NCBI RefSeq assembly: GCF_001194135.2
Contig: NC_068985.1
Location: 68,906,922-68,957,934 of the forward strand
Reading direction: 5' to 3'
DNA length: 51,013 bases
DNA from: Octopus bimaculoides
Taxonomy: Eukaryota
Under the pieces are notes generated by a model. It did no database searches and had not been told where the DNA came from. It was given only the letters and a program-made list of their open reading frames with translations. The stretch's first letter is position 1; the number at the start of each line of letters is the position of its first letter. A program made the position numbers and the translations under genes. This document shows, piece by piece, positions 25,441-38,515 of this stretch.

Positions 25441-26522
25441 TAATGATTTGAAGCTTTACGGAGCTAGCAGAATTGGATTCTCTATTCAGTCTTTAAGAAT
25501 TTTCTCTGAAGACATCCAGATTGTCATTTGGTATCGAAAAATGCGCTTTTATTTGAACTGAGTGGAAGGCTAAAAGTGGACAGCAGTAGAGTACGACTTC
25601 CAGACGATATGCGGATAAGAGAAGTTAACGGAGAAGATTACAATTATCTTGGCGTTTTACTACTACTACGCTCGATGTTGAGAATCCAGATGAAGGTGAA
25701 CATTTCTTCTGAATATACCAGAAGAGTAAAAAAGTTATGTAGGTCTAAGTTGAATGGAGAGAACCTGATTAGAGGTACCAACGCGTGGAATGTTGGTGTG
25801 ATGCATTACTACGCAGGCGTAATGAAACGGACAAAGGAAGGTATTCTCAATATGGATTGAAAACTAGGTAAGTAATAGCTATGCATTACTAGAAATAACG
25901 TAGCAAGGAAAGTGGAAGTGGAGTTGTTGTAAAGGAGATCAAAGCATTGCTTGCCTATCATAGGAATAGTGATGAAATAAGGCTGCATGCTTCTCTGAGT
26001 GAACCAGTGTTCCGTGAGAATGGTTGGAACCCCAAAGATTACATAATGAGGAATAACAGAGAAAACATGATCAAATGGACGGATGATTTTTCCAACAAAC
26101 AGCTGATGAAGTTGATGAAGCCGATGAAGAATCCTGGAGTTGGTTAAGACAGGGCTTTAGAAAGAAAGGCGCAGAAGGACTGATTCTCGCTACTCAAGAA
26201 CAAGCTTTACAAAGCAATTCAATAAAATGTTAAATTTATAAACAGGAGTATCTCCTTTGTGTATGTAGACTATGTGGAAAATGATCTGAGACAGATATAT
26301 AATTAGTATACGCTTGAAACTAGCCCGAAATAAGTACAAACATACCATAACCAAAAATCGGTGCAAATAACCTAAAATGTTGTGCAAGAAGAACGGGTTA
26401 GAATGTTCCAACAATTGGTATGAGCTCCAACATTTACTAGTTGCAAGCAATACACTAATATAGGGATACGCCAAAATTCTCAGACAAAATGAAACATCAC
26501 CGACCAGATATTGCACACTGAC
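25441..26522 (+). mobile_element. R4/Dong-type RLE LINE fragment A (RT end to start of RLE)
   Basis: DLKLYGAS; YNYLGV...EYTRRVKKLCRSKLNGENLIRGTNAWNVGVMHYYAG; EGLILATQEQALQSNSIK; CRLCGK; LCKKNGLECSNNWYE; KHHRPDI. Multiple stops. Confidence 0.85.
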
Positions 26523-26559
26523 TGATGGAGTTCAAAAAGTGGACCTTCAACAGCGTAGT

Positions 26560-27292
26560 TATACATAGAGACCAGAAAATTATGAAGCCAGAGGCCGAGG
26601 AAGTCGGGAAAATTCAACAGCAAGCATTAAGAACCAATTGCATCAAATACAGAATAGACAACACATCAGAAAATGATAAGTGCAGAATTTGTGGACGAAA
26701 TGGTAAAGTCAATGTACGTCACTAGCCCTGAAAGAATATAAGAGAAGTCATGACAATATAGTAAGGATTGTCCATTGGACACTTTTCAACAAGTATAGAC
26801 TTGACAGACAGTATCATCAAAAATGATAATGCAAAGATCCTATGGCATTTTATGATTGGGTGCGACCACGACATACATAATAGAAAACCAGATATAGTGT
26901 TAATTGAGATAGAAATCAAACGATACTGGATCATAGATATAGCATGCCGAACTGGCAAAAAGTCATGCGACAAGGAAGGAATTCGATAGTCATAACAGTT
27001 TAGCCTGGGAGGTTAAGCAGTTGTGGTCACTGAAAAACGTGGCATAGTACCAATGATTGTCGGAGGCCTGGGCACAGTGAGTAAATATCTTGAGAAGTAC
27101 AAGAAACAAATAGGGGTTGCAAACAGTGTGGAGCACTTGCAGAAAACCGCACTGCTTGGAACCGCTAGAATACTATGGATGATTCTCGAAATATACGGTT
27201 TGTTACCTTAGTTCACTGGTAGTAAACAGCTGACAACGCAGTACACCTCCAGTGTTAGAAGCTGTGCAATGACAATATAATAACAACAACAG

Positions 27293-27323
<31 letters not shown>

Positions 27324-27368
27324 AATAATAATAGTAATAATAATAATAATAATATTAACAATAATAAT
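26560..27368 (+). mobile_element. R4/Dong-type RLE LINE fragment B (zinc knuckle, RLE, 3' UTR, (AAC/AAT)n tail)
   Basis: QQALRTNCIKYRIDNTSENDKCRICG; KILWHFMIGCDHDIHNRKPDIVLIEIEIKRYWIIDIAC; IVPMIVGGLGTV...LQKTALLGTARIL; simple-repeat tail at 27290-27368. Confidence 0.88.
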
Positions 27369-27377
27369 TTGATGTAA

Positions 27378-27473
27378 GCCATGAACAAGGTAGCACCAAT
27401 AATTATAAATGCTATGCACAAGGTAGCACAAATAATTATAATAGCCATGAACAAGGTAGCACCATGGTAGCAC
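27378..27473 (+). repeat. 33-bp tandem minisatellite, about 2.6 units
   Basis: gccatgaacaaggtagcaccaataattataaat / gctatgcacaaggtagcacaaataattataata / gccatgaacaaggtagcacc. Confidence 0.9.
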
Positions 27474-27479
27474 TTCTGG

Positions 27480-28190
27480 ATTCTGGTGATAGTGATGGTG
27501 TTGGTATTATTAGGGACATGTTTGCGTGTATGGCGTTTGTATTTTTTTGTGGGTGATGTTATGCTTCGTGGAGTTTTCTTTTGTGTTTTTTTCTCGCTTC
27601 TTGGGGCCTCTTAGTTTTCCTTCCCCTTCACTACTAGAAGATGAGGGGTCTGTGGGTTAATGTCTTTGGTGTTTTGTTTGCTGATGCTGCTGGCCTTGCC
27701 GGTGCTTCGCTTGTTTCTGGTCCTTGTGTCGGATTAGGCAGCAGTGGAGGCTGTCGACCCCTTGCCCTTCTTATCATTTGGGGGCAGCAAACTTGCACAT
27801 GAGTATTTTCTCCACAAACGAAACAATGCTGCCTTTTGCCCTCAGTTATTATGTGTATCACCATCCCGTTCTGGAGACTAATGTGATCCGGTGTCTTTTT
27901 TATGTGCCGTACTGTTTTCCCTCCGCTATGTACTTGATTGCATCTCTGATGCTTCTAAGCGCCGCTTCAATATCTACTTGGGCTATTAAAGCCCCTGTTT
28001 TCGTCTATGCTGAGATGCACCTGAAATGCACAGTTCTTTCCTCCATTGCTTCAAATGCCTCTGACGGGACAGTTCGATTGGCTCAGGTTTGTTCTTGTTT
28101 AAGCACTTTCCATGCCTGGGCCAACATTTCATCTCTATTGAGGTGGTGCACGGTGAAGCGTTACTCACCTTGCGCTACTGCGACAGTGAA
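27480..28190 (-). mobile_element. Tx1/L1-clade LINE ORF1 remnant with CCHC zinc knuckle
   Basis: MEERTVHFRCISA*TKTGALIAQVDIEAAL...YIAEGKQYGT, then IITEGKRQHCFVCGENTHVQVCCP (C-x2-C-x4-H-x4-C), followed by a low-complexity Pro/Lys/Thr tail. Confidence 0.7.
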
Positions 28191-28199
28191 CGTTCTTTT

Positions 28200-28482
28200 G
28201 TTATTGGCAAGGTTATCGTTGTTGTTGTTACTGTTGTTGTTGTTGTTGTTGTTGTCGTCGTCGTCGTTGTTCTTATTGGTGTTGTTGATGTTCGTTTTGT
28301 TGCTGTTGTCACTTTTGCTATTGCTGTTTCTGTTTTTGCTATCGCTGGTGCTACTGTGTTGCTGTGTCTTGTGTTGTTGTTGTTGCTACCATTACTTCTA
28401 CAGATGCTGCTGCTGCTGTCAATGTTGCTGCTGCTGCTGTCGTCACTGCTACCGCTATTTGTCTTTCTGCTATCACTGCTGT
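28200..28482. repeat. Degenerate (GTT/GCT)n repeat
   Basis: Explains the poly-L, poly-V and poly-C ORFs at 27724-28712. Confidence 0.9.
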
Positions 28483-28906
28483 TAATACGAGTTGGACTTT
28501 GTACCGTTACAATCTCGTTTTCGTCCTCCTCGTTTCCTGTCTCGTCGCCAGTAACGAAAAGACAGAAGGGAAATCTTCAGCAGTCACCAGATTCGTGGGG
28601 GGAGCAATTTTCTTTTTTCTCAACACTTTCAAGATGCGCTACGCCCTTTTGTGTTGTGTTCGATTCAATTAAAACAAACGCCCACTTAACTTATTTGGTG
28701 GGTCGAATATAGCCCCTCAATGGGCTAAACAACCATAGAAATCCAGTAACAGGTTAGTGGTAATTCTTTTGACAACTTAGTACAAAATAAATAATGCAAA
28801 AGAGCACTAGACCAGTATAAATAACTATCTTAAGCTGCACCATCCTGTAGCGTTTAAAAATACGTTCTATCCATTCCGCAGTGAATAATAATAATAATGA
28901 TAATAA

Positions 28907-29510
28907 TACACTGGAAGCTATGCCAACACTATGGAATAACAACAGAAAAAAGATGGTATAAACACACGCCAGAAAAGGTCACAGAAAACGAGAAAGCAAC
29001 CATACTCTGGGATATGCCAATACACACCGATAGAGAAATTAAGGAAAATAGACCAGATATAGTTGTCAAAGATCATGAAGAAAAAAAATGCTTTCTAATT
29101 GATGTATCAATACCAGCAGATGACAACGTTTCTCTAAAAGAAATGGAAAAACTTTCAAAATACAAAGACCTGGAAATAGAGATAACTCGAATGTGGAATC
29201 TAAAAACAGAAACAATTCCTACCATAGTAGGTGCCTTAGGTATAATAAAAACATATTCAGACAAATACATAACAAAAATACCAGGACTTACACATATATA
29301 TAACATACAGAAAATTGCACTACTGGGTACTGCACCCATTCTACGCAAAACACTTTCAATACAGTAAACATAAGAGCACCACAGCAAACCACAGCACATA
29401 CCCAAGGCGCAAATAGCTGCGCTCGTTAGTGAAATGAAAGCACGTTATAAAAATAAAACTACTGAACAATAATAATAATAATAATAATAATATTAATAAT
29501 AATAATAATG
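28907..29510 (+). mobile_element. R4/Dong-type RLE LINE fragment C, 5'-truncated, with uninterrupted RLE frame
   Basis: About 152 codons without a stop: HWKLCQHYG...ILWDMPIHTDREIKENRPDIVVKD...CFLIDVSIPADDNVSLKEMEKLSKYKDL...IVGALG...QKIALLGTAPILRKTLSIQ*. PD..D..K motif intact. 3' UTR follows; (TAA)n on both sides. Confidence 0.95.
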
Positions 29511-29529
29511 ATAAGCTGCATGAAAGGAT

Positions 29530-31440
29530 CCTTTCCTTGCGGAACTAGACGACTGCCGGCAGCAAGGTCACGTCCCTGCATGGATGAGAAGTGGGCGACG
29601 CTGCTAGGTCCGAAGGATCCCTTAAAAGGGAATTTGGCATCAAATATTCAATCTATAAACTGTGGAAGCTTATGACTGGTGTTTTAGTGGAAGAGTTATA
29701 CAAACATCTGGAAAGTAATAATCTACTATCAGCAAAACAGAAAGGATGCAGGAAACAAAGTAGGTCAACAAAGGATCACGTGTTATTTGATAAAATAATA
29801 ATTAGAAATTGTAGACGCAGATTGACAGAACTGAATGTAGCATGGCTAGATTACAGAAAAATCACACGACATGGTATCACACAGTTGGATAAGTAAAACA
29901 ATTAGCATGTTTGGAATAGCAAAAAACATGGAGAAAATGCTTAATGAAAGCGTTGATTGGAGGCAAAAAGAATTGGGAAAAGTGAACGTCAGATATCTAA
30001 TATTCCCAGATGACAGCTTATCTCCATTACTATTGATATTAGCGATGACACCGCTCAATATGATTCTACAAAAAGTTAAAATTGCTTACGGTTTGGGAAA
30101 AGGAAATGGTCGGATAAATCATCTCCTTTTCATGGATGATATAAAGGTTCATGCGAAAACTGAGAAACAGCTTGAACATCTACATACTATCCGCATTTTC
30201 TCAAACGACGTAGGTATGGAATTTGGGAGAGGAAAGTGACCCATATTGAAAATGAAAAGAGGAAGATTTGAAAGAAGACACGGTATTGAAATGCCAAATG
30301 AGCAAACAATGAGAGCGATCGAGAAGGGACAGTGGTATAAGTACTTGGGAATACTTGAAGCAGACGAGAATGTAAAAAAATGAAGAGTTGGAAGTAATAA
30401 CTAGTTGAGAGTACACAAGAAGTGCAAGAAAATCATTGCAGTCAAAGCTAAATTCAAAAATGTTACTGATGAAATAAATTCAAGCGCAGTACCCTTAATC
30501 AGATACGGAGCTGGAATTATAGATTGGACCGAAAACGATACAAAGAAACTTGACTGAAAAACCAGGAAGTTGTTGACAATACATGGAGCTCACCATTCAA
30601 AAGCCGATATCAACCGGCTGTACTTGAGAAGAGAGCAGTCCTTAATACTTGAGAAGAGAGCGGAGTAGAAGAATGTGTACAGATGGAAAGGAATTGTCTA
30701 GTAGAGTATTTAGAGAGTTCCACAGAAAATCTACAAAGTACATTAAATAAAGAACAGGTGATGAAGCGCGTAAAAGGAGAACAGGACTAGAAAGAAATAG
30801 AAAGAGAGCACATCAGACAGATAAATTGAAATCTCTGCGTGGCCAATTTTGGAGAGCCACTGAAGACATATGTGAATGAAAATCCTAGTCTTAGTTAAAA
30901 AAGGAACCATTATAAAATGAATAATTAAAAACGATAAAAATAAAACAGTGAGCCTAATTGTAGCAGCCCAAAACTAAGCGATATAAACAAACAACTTGAG
31001 AAAAATATAAATGGAGAGAATGTGTTAGAAATGTGTAGAACCTGTGGAAATTGGAACGTAACAGTGGCACATATTGTGACAGAATACGCCAAAATGGCAC
31101 AAGAAGAATATTAGAAATGGAAGCACGACCATGTTGCTAGAGTATTACACTGGATACTGTGCCTGAACTGGAGGTTTGAAGCTGGAGAGACATGGTACAA
31201 TCAGCGAAACGTAGGAGTAGTGGAGTCGGTGAAATATAGGATGCTTGGAGAGATCCAACATAAAGTTTGTCTCTTAGGGACTGCAAGCATTATCAGAAGT
31301 GTTCTAAGTACTTGAAATCTGCTGAAAATCTGTGGATACCTAAGGTTACAGGTAGTAATCCGCTACCCACAAAAATCCTTCCAGGAATAAGACCGAACCT
31401 GAGCCAAACAAAAGTCATAATAATAATACTTATCATATCA
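29530..31440 (+). mobile_element. R4/Dong-type RLE LINE fragment D (RT to 3' end, internal deletion in RLE)
   Basis: LWKLMTG...QKGCRKQSRSTKDH...VAWLDYRK...MVSHSWI...DSLSPLLLILAM...INHLLFMDDIK (FMDD at 30129-30140)...YKYLGILEAD...AVPLIRYGAGIIDW...ADINRLYLRR; CRTCG; HDHVARVLHW; ends CLLGTASIIRSVLST*. Confidence 0.92.
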
Positions 31441-31469
31441 ACAACTACAATATAAATAGGAATACGAGA

Positions 31470-31625
31470 TTGGTAATAGTCGTGCCTAAAATAATTGTTG
31501 CTTTAGGGACTGAGTAATGATGCATACAAATACTTGATTGACATTGGAATTGAATGTTCCGTGGAGTGTCTACAGAAAATTTGCCTTTTAGAAACAGAAG
31601 AAACATATCAGACAGGTTTAAATTC
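31470..31625 (+). mobile_element. R4/Dong-type LINE extreme C-terminal fragment F
   Basis: Frameshifted IVALGT...YKYLIDIGIECSVECLQKICLLET. Confidence 0.6.
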
Positions 31626-33294
31626 TACCAGAAATATGACCAAACCTGAGTCAAATCGAATGATAATTATATTATTAATAATGAGCAACCAAATTTAATG
31701 AAATTATAGGGTAATTCATCATCATCACTACAGCCACGAGAATCCTTTGCAATATTTAAGATATTTCAATATAGTTAAAGAAATTTGAATATAGTTAGTA
31801 GAACAATTGTAACACCAGTATTTTACAATGGAAGTAAATGCTTGAAGGAAGCAAGAAAGGAACGAGATAAAATTACCGTACCGCTGCATTAGAACAAAAT
31901 AAAATATGTTAGTTAGTGGCGAATGAGTTCAGAAGAATAAGAAAAGATATTAGGAAAGTAATTTTCTGATAGGATGTACTGTTATAAATGTAGTCTAGTG
32001 AGGGTTTTATGAAGTTCTCTATCGTTTAGTAATCTCAAAATACAGATATAGTGACAATTTTATAAGTAAATAGCGTGCTTGTGCATTTGTACTTGCATTT
32101 TTACTTCCGTACCTGTACCTACATACATACATACATACATACATACATACATACTTACATGCATATATATAAGCATGCATTTGTCTTCTGCACATAAGTA
32201 CCTACATTTGCAGAGGCGTATAATGTTATGTGAATGTGTAATTATTATTTTATGTGCTTATATGTATGGGCAAACCCATAGAAGCAGACATACACACGCA
32301 TGTACATGGATATATATGCATACATGTATAAACACACATGTCTGTGGATATGTGTGGACGCGTGTGTGTAGTCGTGTGTATGTTTGTGTGTATGAGTGAG
32401 TGTGTGTGAGTGTGTGTGTGTGTAGTCTTATACCTTAAGATGAACTACTTAATAATTTGACTTATCTAATGGCATTATACGAAAACAACTGAATCTGCAC
32501 TAACTCGAACCATTTTCCCTACTTTCAAAAAGTAATAAACAATTCTTTCATTTATAAACCGGGGAAAAAGTACTTTATATATAAACGCATAAACACATTT
32601 TCAATGTCATATATATATATATATATATTCCATTCATGGCTATATCATTAAAACTTCTTTTTCAATTACCGCCAAATATATATATATATATATATATATT
32701 AAGATTGTAAATATAAAATATGATGTTTCATTAGGTAAAAAGATTTCCATTGCCAGATCGAGGAGCAATGCCTGTAGAAAACTGCATTATTACTTTGAGA
32801 GCACACATTATTATTTATAACACTGTATTTTGTGAATGGCTACAAACCTTTCACTCTATCTATAGAGGTTTTACAATAGTCGATAAATTGCTTGTATTAG
32901 TCAACTTCACATTTTAATTCAATAAAGAAGTCAGTCTCGCTAGCTATATTAAAGAAAACAATTATAAAATATTCCGAATAAAAATAGAACAATGAAAGAT
33001 CACACATGTGACCTCTTGATGCAGATTGGCAATCTTTTTAAGAGAACGTATTACAAAAAAATACCAACAAATTTCTGTAGCCTTTCTAAATTCAATAGAA
33101 ATGGAATGGCAGAACTTCTGATTTGGATTCACTCTTCAGAAAATAACATTTCATAAAAAACAACGTTCAATATACACGCTTATATTCAAGTCAGTCACCT
33201 TACAATTCAAGGCAATGCGAGTCAATCAAACTACAAGATATAGCAGTAAATTTCCCATCAATTATGTCTTAAATAATTCGCAATACGAGGTGGT

Positions 33295-33630
33295 AACCAA
33301 AATTTTGTTTTCTGCTGCGGAGAACCGTTGTCGAAACAGTTGTCATGCTTCAAACAAGTTTACGAGTGGGTTTCTTGATTTTGGAATGTTCAGTTGTGTC
33401 TTGAAGACCAACCTCATGCTGGTCGACCGTCGATCACCCGAGAGGCTGAAAACATTACGAAAATGCATAAACTGATATTGGAGGACCGTCACCGAACAGT
33501 TGACGAACTTGTTGATATGACACGTGTGTCATGGAGCTCCTGCCAGTGAATTTTGAGTGACGAATTGCGAATGTAAAGAATTGCAGGAAAATTCGTGCTT
33601 CGCTTGCTCACAGAAGATCAAAAGCAGTCA
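33295..33630 (+). mobile_element. Mariner transposase N-terminal (helix-turn-helix) fragment
   Basis: KFCFLLRRTVVETVVMLQ; QVYEWVS*F...LEDQPHAGRPS; LILEDRHRTVDELVDMTRVSWSSCQ*ILSDELRM*RIAGKFVLRLLTEDQK (equivalent of the WVPREL motif). Confidence 0.88.
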
Positions 33631-36012
33631 AAACTAAATACTAAGTTTGTATCTATTGTCTTTTTCAGTCTGGGTATCACTTCAAAATACATGAAGCTTT
33701 GGTAAATATGGTGAAAAAAATTCCGACGATTGAAAGTTGTTGTCTACAATTGCAAGCATGTAGCTGCTATATATCATTGTTACAGCTTTCAGGTGTTGAA
33801 TAGCAATATCATGTGAGCGTTCTGGCAGGACATTTATTACTTATAAGAGAAATAAGAGTTCCTGAGGCCTAAAATATATCGTGAAAGCTTATAACAAAGT
33901 GTGTTCTGCTAAAAACAACCATGACCCATGTGGTTTTGATCAGGGCATTAGGACAGTATACTCCAAGTTACAGAGCTATATCTCCTACAATTGTAAAGAT
34001 GTATCGTTTTTTTTATCTTTAAAAAAAGTTATGTTTTATGTGTTATTTTGATAATGATAAATTTTGACACAGCACGAATTAAATTAAAATTGGAACTTTC
34101 TGTTATCAGTGCTGGGATGACTCTTTTACGGTGCGATTGCTAAAATACCACATTCTGTCGGATACCAAGTTGTTCACCTTGACAAAATCCCTGTTTAGTC
34201 TACTTCCGAAACATTTTACAGATGTGAAGAGATTATGTTCCCAGATAATTGATCGATGAAGATCTTTTATCAAAAGGAAAAACAGAAGCAAACGAGAATT
34301 GAAATCTAAGGTAGGGTGATGTATCAGAAGATTGACTTCAAATAACAAACATTACTGGATTTCTTTCTTTACTTTAACGTTGCTGTCATTTTATTAGTTT
34401 ATATTGTATTCAAATCGGGATGGAAGACACTGATACATGGAACTGATCGTAATATTGTAGTAGTGTGTTTTTTCAGATAGGAATGGTAAATACCCTTCAA
34501 ACAGTCCGATAATTGTAAATTTCAAGCAGTTAATGGTTATCTTCAATGCATTTAAATCGATAATTCCTAGTCAACTATAAATGAGAATGAAATTCCTCTT
34601 AAGATTAAGTTTTGGAGCACATTTATTAAGCTATTGGTTAGCAAAATGCAAAAGTGTAAGACACAACATGACAAGAGGAGAATGATATATGACTCGGGAT
34701 CCACGCAACGTCCAGCTTTTTGAAGATAACTTTGAACAGTTGTGTGGTTGAGTTCGTGCATGCGCCTAAGAGTCCTTAATAGATATTGTAATGCTCACCA
34801 GTGCAGTGATGGCATTGATGGTATAGACCCTATTGGTGGTAATACGGTTGGTGTTATAATATACTGAATATCCTGCTGTGGTGCGAAGTCATTATAAGGC
34901 TATGTTACTTGAGAATGTGCCATGCAGCTGATCTTAGAAGTGAGTAAACTTGTAGTCATAATAATGTTGGGTTAATTGATATTTTATTAGTGTATCTGTC
35001 TTCCTATTATATTACACGTAGTAGTGTAGCTGATGCTGGTGTTAATGAAGTAAATGAAATGATGGTGGTTGTAATGCGACTATGAGAGCTGGTAGCAATA
35101 AATTTCACATGTGGAATTACTGACAGTGTTATTTTTCAGATTAGCTCAAAGTCATGTGTGACAGGATAAATATGATCAATGTCATTCCAATCGTACTACC
35201 CATCGTTTTTCTTTCTTTTATATTCTATAAAAGATTACCTTATACAATGCTTTCAAAGGTGGAATATTTAACATGCAGTTTCAAAGTGATTAGGCTGCTA
35301 CTTTTAGTTGCTTGAACAACCACAGAGACGCTAACTCGTCGGGTTGCTCAAGGTGATGTTGGCAGTGCCGGTAGTGGTTGACATTTTGAACGTGATTCTT
35401 GGAGTGATCATGTTGCGAAGATATCAATAGAAAATCACGTGTATAAATCCCAAATTGGCTGTACATTACCTTTACAACTTAATATTGATTATTAGGAAGT
35501 AGACGACTTAACATCAGTAAATAATCAATTCCTCGTTGCTTGCAATATTAATTTCTCATTTTATCTCTAAGTTATCGTTTATGTATATTACTTTAATTTA
35601 ATTTGTCATGAGTACCTTTGACTAATGTAAATTTAATCAAGTATTTCTTAATTAATAAATATATTCTACCTTTGATCTTAATTAAGTCTATTGTGTAACG
35701 TCTTATGGATGGAAGATTCATATACAAATTTGTCTTATTAAATATAGCAAATATTATTAAATGTAAGAAATAAACTGTAAAGTTTGTTTTTTATTATATT
35801 TTTTCTTTAATGCTTAACACTTTTCACATTTCAGAACGAAAATCTGCGATTTTTTTAATTATTTCTCACCTGAATCATTTTCTCTCAATATTTTTGTCTG
35901 ATATTATTGTTGTATGGGAAAATCTTTTTACAGTTCGCTCACACATACACACAAATACACACAGGCACTCATACAGAAACACACACACTCACACACATGC
36001 ATATTTGCATAC

Positions 36013-36105
<93 letters not shown>

Positions 36106-36443
36106 GAGAGATAGATACACACTCATACGCACACACACATGCGCGCGCATATACACACACACGCACACACGCATACACACATATATATATATATGTATAT
36201 ACACGCACACAGATATTTCAGAAGTAAATAAGCACCATTAGTATTGAAAGATTGATTTGTAGAAAACACAAAATGCAATCTGATACAGCTTTTAAATACT
36301 TCATCTATTATTAGCAGACATACCATGCCATGTGCATTTTTTAATTATCTAAACCATTTGGTAATCATACTAATGAATAGTGTAAGCACAGGAAAAATGG
36401 TACAACGACGCATGTCTTTTTACTTCCGAGACATCTGCAAATA

Positions 36444-36475
<32 letters not shown>

Positions 36476-36604
36476 CATGTGTATGTGTGTGTATGAATGT
36501 ATAAGTGTATTAGTATATATAGTGCTCCAACATGGCCGCATTCAAATGACTGAAGCAAGTAAACCAAAAAGGTAAATAATATATATATACATATATGTGC
36601 AAAG

Positions 36605-36795
36605 ACGACGAGCTCGCAGAAATGCTTCGCGGTATTTCGTCTGTCTTTTTGTTCTGAGTTCAAATTCCGCCGACGTCAACTTTGCTTTTCATCGTTTTGG
36701 GGTCGACAGATTAAGTATCAGTTGCGTACTGGGGTCGACCTAATCGACTGGCCCCCTCCCCTAAAATTTCGAGCCTTGTGCCTAGAGGAGAAAAT
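36605..36795 (+). mobile_element. tRNA-derived SINE (octopus-type), near full length
   Basis: gacgagctcgcagaaatgcttcgcggtatttcgtc...gagttcaaattccgccgacgtcaactttgc...gtactggggtcgacctaatcgactggccccctcccctaaaatttcgagccttgtgcctaga. B box GTTCAAATT; followed by (GT)n. Confidence 0.9.
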
Positions 36796-36799
36796 TATA

Positions 36800-36861
<62 letters not shown>

Positions 36862-38074
36862 TAAGTTTTATTTGTCTAGAAGGAAAATCAACATAAATCG
36901 CTTAAGACTATTTCATTTACAATAATTTAACTGTTTCCATAACTTTATATTTTATAAAATTAGTGTGAGATAGAGAGGAATGTGAAGCGATGACGCAATA
37001 GGTTCGTCTCTAACAAAAAGATTAATATTTCTTCCTTGTTTGTAGAAGGATTATGGCACAAATTTCAAAAGAAATAAATTAATTAATCAAACATCGAATT
37101 CAGTTAGTTCTTCAAATAAGTGCGATTTGATTGCATGACACGATAAATGTGCCGAATATCAATGATTGATAGACTTGTGAATACGCCACTCAAAGTAATA
37201 AGAATTGCACAAATTGCTCATTAGGGCAGCATAGCAATATGGACGGGCCGAAATTCAAACTTTATTGGTCCAGTGACGGTGTCATGTGACAGTAAGAATA
37301 TTTCCTCAGAAAAGTTAAAATATCAGAAATACACTGCTTGCGAGTATGTTTATGACAATATGTTGCGTATCCTTATAAATAGTGCATATAATTCTTTCTT
37401 CACCTTTTAAACGTGAAATTGAACAGCATATTGCGATGTAGATTTTAGTGAATGTATTTTTACTACAGCGTCGTCAGCAATAGTTGGTATTCTTTTATAT
37501 ATTTCTCATATATTTTTAATATATTTTTCCACTCAAAATATGTTGTTATTTAGATTTGCTTCATGAGTCTTTACTTAAATTTAAGACGTTTCTGCAGTTG
37601 GATTGGTTACACTATGGTTGAACGATTAATGTTATTTGGCTGCTGGTAAATTATCATTGTAACGTGCCTGGTTGCCACATGTGAGTCCTTTTGTTTTGCA
37701 TCGTGCTTTAAAGCTGGTACGTCTCTATAGATATACATATGGTGAATATTCTTGTTTAACGTGATTTCTATAACACAGAATATGCAGCCAATCAGAAACC
37801 CTGCTCGACATTCGTAATTCAGGTATGTCTATTCTTTTGGCAGAATATTAGAATCGTTGACATCTATTTTTCCAATAATAATTTTCTTCATTAGTGGAGT
37901 AATTTATTCACAGTCCCGAAGTAACTGTACAAATTAAATTCTTCTTTCTGTATCAAAGGGTGTTTCTTTATGTCTGCTTTGGATGTCCTGAAGGAATTAG
38001 CATGCATCGTTTGAAGTTAGTTGATTTGTAACGGCTATCAGTTCCGATGTTTTATCCTTTATACATATATATGA

Positions 38075-38110
<36 letters not shown>

Positions 38111-38484
38111 GTATGTCTGTCTGTCTGTCTGTTTGTCTGTCTCTCTGTCTGTCTGCCTGTCTGTCTGTCTGTCTGTCCGTCCGTCTGTCTGTTTTTTTGT
38201 CTCTCTGCCTGTCTCACTGTCTGTCTGTCTATTTGTCTCTCTTTTCATCTATCAATGTATATCTGTTTGTACGTATCTATTGATATATCTATCTATATAT
38301 CTGTCTCCCACNNNNNNNNNNNNNNNNNNNNNNNNNNNNNNNNNNNNNNNNNNNNNNNNNNNNNNNNNNNNNNNNNNNNNNNNNNNNNNNNNNNNNNNNN
38401 NNNNNNNNNNNNNNNNNNNNNNNNNNNNNNNNNNNNNNNNNNNNNNNNNNNNNNNNNNNNNNNNNNNNNNNNNNNNNNNNNNNN

Positions 38485-38515
<31 letters not shown>

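Noticed and set aside
27724-28712. 253-aa and 207-aa plus-strand ORFs
   Set aside because: Antisense of the Tx1 ORF1 remnant plus GTT/GCT repeats; no protein features.
30621-30661. 16-bp direct repeat tacttgagaagagagc inside Dong fragment D
   Set aside because: Ordinary micro-duplication in a dead LINE; too short to be an insertion with a TSD of interest.
37779-37822. 44-nt candidate exon between ACAG and GTATGT (EYAANQKPCSTFVIQ)
   Set aside because: Too short to identify, and such site pairs are common by chance; needs RNA-seq.
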